The position numbers were made by a program, and so were the translations under genes. From the NCBI GenBank assembly GCA_011049175.1, contig DSCJ01000115.1, positions 6,402-70,401 on the forward strand: a stretch of DNA of 64,000 nucleotides, written 5' to 3'. Origin of the DNA: Bacteroidota bacterium. Its GTDB lineage: Bacteria > Bacteroidota > Bacteroidia > Bacteroidales > VadinHA17. Shown here piece after piece: positions 60,379 through 64,000 of the stretch (position 1 is its first letter; every line of letters starts with the position of its first letter). The notes beneath the pieces are model-generated. The model ran no database searches. It was not told the DNA's origin and was given only the letters and a program-made list of their open reading frames with translations.

Positions 60379-61728
60379 ATGTCCAGATCATTTTCTCTCA
60401 CCATCCTCCTCATTACCCTTCCCGTAATTGCTATGCCCTCCTGCCACAATGAACAGTATCAGGATTTCACTCCCGATTTCACAGTTACCCTGTCGGAAGA
60501 CGATCCCAACGTGCTGCGGTTCGTCAATACCACTACAGGAGAACACAGCTACATGCAATGGGATTTCGGCAACGGCGAACAGACGGCAAAACAACCTGCC
60601 AGCAGGCTGACCTATTCCATATTTTATGAGCAGAAAGGAGAATATCCGGTAACCCTGACCGTGTGGGGAACCAACGGCAACGAAACGGACAAGAAATCCG
60701 TAACTAAAACGGTCACTGTGGAATACAGTGCTCCGAATCCCGATTTTATATACGAAATCATTCCGGATTCATCCAATCATGTGAGGCTGACCGATCAAAG
60801 CACCGGTGACTACGACAGCATCACCTGGAAATACCCGGGAAGGAAATACCCCGGAGTTCCCGGCGAAACCAGGGTGCTGTACCTTGCCATGGGAGATACA
60901 TACCCGCTGGAACTAGAAATTTGCCGCAACGGGATTTCCAAAAGCATAACCAGGAATATTATCATTCCGTCGGATGATCCCGATTATCCCGACCACTATA
61001 AACTAGTGTGGTCGGAAGAGTTTGAGACGGAAGAAATCGATCACACAAAGTGGGATCATGAAACGGGGGCCACAGGATGGGGAAACAAAGAATGGCAGAA
61101 TTACACGAACGGGCTGAACACTTCCCTTTCCGGCGGGAAACTCAAAATAAACGTAATAAAAACAGGGGAAGGACAGCAGGTGAGGGATTATACCTCTTCT
61201 CGTATCAACAGCAGGGAAAGTTTTACTTACGGGCGGTTCGAAATAATGGCCAAAATGCCTGAATACAAAGGACCCGGCCTCTGGCCGGCCATCTGGATGC
61301 TGGGAAAGTCCATTCAGGAAGGAACCCCCTGGCCTCTGTGCGGAGAAGTCGATATCATGGAATACGTAAGCTGGAACCCTGATCATGTTGGCAGCGCCAT
61401 ACACATCGAAAGCAACAACCATGCCCGGGGCAATGCCATCACTTCGGGTCACATTCATTTACCAACAGCTGAAGAGGAATTTCATGTTTATGGCCTGATC
61501 TGGACTTATAACCGGCTGTATTTCTATATTGACCATCCTGATAACACGATCCTTACCTATCACCGGCCGGCCGGGTATGACCAGGAAAACTGGCCGTTTG
61601 ACCGGCCGTTTTATTTCCTTTTCAATGTAGCCGTTGGCGGAACGTACGGAGGTGTGGAAGGTGTGGACAATTCGATTTTCCCGGCCGTAATGGAAATTGA
61701 CTATGTACGTGTTTATCAACTGGAATAA
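60379..61728 (+). CDS. PKD-domain GH16 glycoside hydrolase lipoprotein (laminarinase-like)
   Basis: MPSC lipobox, WDFGNG PKD motif, LVWSEEF, GWGNKE, WPAIW, catalytic GEVDIME and DYVRVYQ. Confidence 0.9.
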   Translation: MSRSFSLTILLITLPVIAMPSCHNEQYQDFTPDFTVTLSEDDPNVLRFVNTTTGEHSYMQWDFGNGEQTAKQPASRLTYSIFYEQKGEYPVTLTVWGTNGNETDKKSVTKTVTVEYSAPNPDFIYEIIPDSSNHVRLTDQSTGDYDSITWKYPGRKYPGVPGETRVLYLAMGDTYPLELEICRNGISKSITRNIIIPSDDPDYPDHYKLVWSEEFETEEIDHTKWDHETGATGWGNKEWQNYTNGLNTSLSGGKLKINVIKTGEGQQVRDYTSSRINSRESFTYGRFEIMAKMPEYKGPGLWPAIWMLGKSIQEGTPWPLCGEVDIMEYVSWNPDHVGSAIHIESNNHARGNAITSGHIHLPTAEEEFHVYGLIWTYNRLYFYIDHPDNTILTYHRPAGYDQENWPFDRPFYFLFNVAVGGTYGGVEGVDNSIFPAVMEIDYVRVYQLE

Positions 61729-61743
61729 CACACCCCGAAAAAC

Positions 61744-63252
61744 TCAGATAAACCGGATCAGGTTTTTGATACGGCCGGGTTGAGCCCAGTTCATGGTACC
61801 CTGCATCTGCAGCGACAGAAGGTACTTCTCAATGGCCGGCTGGCGTAGTTCCTCCAGGATACGCCGGGCTTCCTTCAGGCCGGTAGCCGGAATAAAAGCC
61901 TGCAGTGACTGGTTGGCCTGCCAGTGTCGCGGAAACAGTACCGGCCGGAAGGTTTTCTTTCCGTATGCTTCCCACACCACCTTCCACGGAGCAAAGCTGT
62001 AAGCTCCTACCCCCAGCATGGCCCACCATGTACCGCTTCTGATGCGCGATCCTACCATTCTGCCCTTCCGGTTTTCCAGAATGTACCGGTATCGGAGGAG
62101 ATAATCTTCCAGGGCGGGGTATTGATTGATTTCTTCTGCCGTAAGCGGCTTACCGTCTTCCCGGTATGGCAGCAACACCCATTTCCGGGGTTGCGGTTTG
62201 TTCTCTGCAAAATTTTTCCGTGTAATCAGGGGAAAAACAAACCGGGAAGGCAGTAATACCTCATGGTTTACCCGGCAGGTATCCTCATCAACCGGTTCAT
62301 AGCTATCGAAAAAGAATACATGGTTAGCTCCACAGGTATTAACGCCCTGCCGGGGAGCCGATTTCCGGTGGAGGCTCAGTGGTTTGAAATCTTTCAGCGG
62401 ATGATTCATGCTTTCATCCAGTATGCTCAGTGGGCTGTCGGGTTGCAACAGGGGTTGTGCCAGCCGTGTAATCCACTGCTGTTTTTCCCTTCTTTCCCAG
62501 GGAACAGGGAAACACACCCGTGCATCCCTCCGGAAATGCACCAGGCCAAAGCGGGTGGAAACACCGTTGAAGATTCCGGTCCCCTGCAAGTCGATCACAC
62601 GTTGCAGGGCATAAGAAGTGGTGCCTGCCCTGTATGAACGGAATTTCCGGCTGGCTTCCTCATTCAGTAACAGAGACAGAGGCATAAAAAAAATAGCCTC
62701 TCCCCCGGGTTTCAGAAAATCTGTAATGCTTTTTCTAACCACCAGGGCCGCCAGGTCCACGCGGGATCCGCCCAGCAGCAGGCTGCGGGAATTATCGGTC
62801 AGTCCGGCTCGTACAAATTCCTTTCTCACAAAGGCCTTGTATCTGTCAGGCAGGTCGGTATAATTGGCCCAGGGGGGATTCCCGAACAGAAAATCGGATG
62901 GAAAGGCAGGGAGTTTCAGTATATCAGCCCGGCTAAACTGAGCCGACATATCCAGTCCGTATTTCTCCCGGAACCGTTTCAGAGCTTCCCGGTAATTCTC
63001 TGTATTCAATTCATTCCCGAACAGCCTGTCTACCGGAAGGGCAGAAAGGGAATATCCCGATTTCAGGCCGGTGGTGATCAGGGCTTCCAGCAGGTTGCCG
63101 GCGCCCATGGTTGGATCGAAAATGCGGGCACCTGCCAGCCAGGAACGGAATATCCCGAATTTTTCCACAGCAAATTCACCCCAGTACAGGGGGGTAAACA
63201 CATCCCCCATGCGCAGTTTACTGAATCCGGTATGTTCCCTGTGCTTTCCCAT
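61744..63252 (-). CDS. DNA amino-methyltransferase, TaqI/gamma-like; no nuclease domain evident
   Basis: VFTP, motif I FDPTMGAGNLL, motif IV GNPPW, TRD-like C-terminal half. Confidence 0.75.
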   Translation of the reverse strand: MGKHREHTGFSKLRMGDVFTPLYWGEFAVEKFGIFRSWLAGARIFDPTMGAGNLLEALITTGLKSGYSLSALPVDRLFGNELNTENYREALKRFREKYGLDMSAQFSRADILKLPAFPSDFLFGNPPWANYTDLPDRYKAFVRKEFVRAGLTDNSRSLLLGGSRVDLAALVVRKSITDFLKPGGEAIFFMPLSLLLNEEASRKFRSYRAGTTSYALQRVIDLQGTGIFNGVSTRFGLVHFRRDARVCFPVPWERREKQQWITRLAQPLLQPDSPLSILDESMNHPLKDFKPLSLHRKSAPRQGVNTCGANHVFFFDSYEPVDEDTCRVNHEVLLPSRFVFPLITRKNFAENKPQPRKWVLLPYREDGKPLTAEEINQYPALEDYLLRYRYILENRKGRMVGSRIRSGTWWAMLGVGAYSFAPWKVVWEAYGKKTFRPVLFPRHWQANQSLQAFIPATGLKEARRILEELRQPAIEKYLLSLQMQGTMNWAQPGRIKNLIRFI

Positions 63253-63289
63253 TGTTTACTATACCGGTGGGCTACAATAGCATCCTCTT

Positions 63290-63817
63290 TCACCTGACAT
63301 CTTCCCTGAGCCGGGCATACCTGATCTCATCCACCAGCTTCCCCTGCTTGAATACTGCTTTCCGGAACACCCCTTCTTTCTCAAAACCACATTTTTCAAG
63401 CACCCTTTGCGAAGCCACATTGTATTCAAACACCCCGGTATGCAACCTGACCAGGTCAAGTTCATCGAAGGCATATTTTACGGCCAGCTTCAGGGCCCGT
63501 GTCATGATACCCATGTTCCAGTAAGGTTCTCCGAGGAAATAACCTATTTCTCCCGAACGGCGGTAGACATCCTTTTCAGGGTGTATGGCAACATTCCCCA
63601 CGTACCGGCCTTTCCATTCAATGGCAAATATCCTCATTGACCGGCCGTGAGTAGCCACAAGGATAAAATCATAAGCATCTTTCAGTGTATAGGGATGGGG
63701 ATAGGAATCCCTCAGGTTGATGCTGATCTTTTCGTTATTGGCCAGACCGGCCAGAATTGGGGCATCCTGTGGCCGCAGAGGCCTCAGTATCAAATCCCCA
63801 TCTTCAAGCACTGCCAT
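63290..63817 (-). CDS. RimJ/RimL-type GNAT acetyltransferase
   Basis: PHPYT..DA, EIGYFLGEPYWNMGIMT and N.ASQRVLEKCGF..EG. Confidence 0.9.
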   Translation of the reverse strand: MAVLEDGDLILRPLRPQDAPILAGLANNEKISINLRDSYPHPYTLKDAYDFILVATHGRSMRIFAIEWKGRYVGNVAIHPEKDVYRRSGEIGYFLGEPYWNMGIMTRALKLAVKYAFDELDLVRLHTGVFEYNVASQRVLEKCGFEKEGVFRKAVFKQGKLVDEIRYARLREDVR

Positions 63818-63897
63818 GTTTCAACATTTGCCATGTTTATTATTTATATCGGAAACGAAATTTCAGGTACCGTTTTCGATACCCGCGTCTTTTTCCG

Positions 63898-63999
63898 TCA
63901 AAACTCCGTCCCCGTAAATTCCTTCACCACTCTCAGGGTTTCACCCGTATCTTCCATTTCGAAAATACGGGGTTGGGCAGCAGGATTATTGGGCGCATG
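63898..63999 (-). CDS. 3' end of a gene starting beyond the window, possibly a GH43-like hydrolase
   Basis: Hand translation: HAPNNPAAQPRIFEMEDTGETLRVVKEFTGTEF*. The family guess is from memory and weak. Confidence 0.35.
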   Translation of the reverse strand, partial: HAPNNPAAQPRIFEMEDTGETLRVVKEFTGTEF

Positions 64000-64000
64000 C

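Noticed and set aside
51871-63817. Intact genomic island or prophage at tRNA-Gln
   Set aside because: No integrase, phage or conjugation genes are present, and the only att-like copy I found is 195 bp from the tRNA.

Overview
This is a chromosomal segment of a Bacteroidota bacterium, most likely Bacteroidales/Marinilabiliales-like. The assignment rests on TAnnTTTG promoters, sprA, a fused lpxC-fabZ, SusC/SusD and T9SS cargo. Positions 1-51.3 kb are mostly core genes: pepA, pdxA, maeB, ruvA-sprA-gcvH, rimP-nusA-infB, HD-lpxD-lpxC/fabZ-lpxA, thiL, sufBCDSE-sufT-queG, a flippase and GT4, rnhB, dpp7, marC-rnhA, an ABC permease, siaC, a FadL-like porin and prdX. A tRNA-Gln(CUG) with a duplicated 3' end separates this core from an accessory block: a carboxylesterase, a susC-susD-lipoprotein-PKD/GH16 PUL, an orphan amino-methyltransferase and a GNAT. 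No integrase, transposase, CRISPR array or rRNA was seen. The most notable items are (1) a TonB-dependent receptor broken by a G8 frameshift and an in-frame TAG, paired with a DUF2271-like lipoprotein; (2) four phased CTACGTAG palindromes upstream of the tRNA; (3) a structured ~195-nt unit ending in a copy of the tRNA 3' end; (4) a sigma54 promoter with enhancer-like sites upstream of the ABC permease; (5) a terminator in the rimP leader; (6) an unlisted 47-aa membrane ORF. All product calls come from motif recognition by eye, not database searches. I cannot demonstrate a wholly new system from sequence alone.
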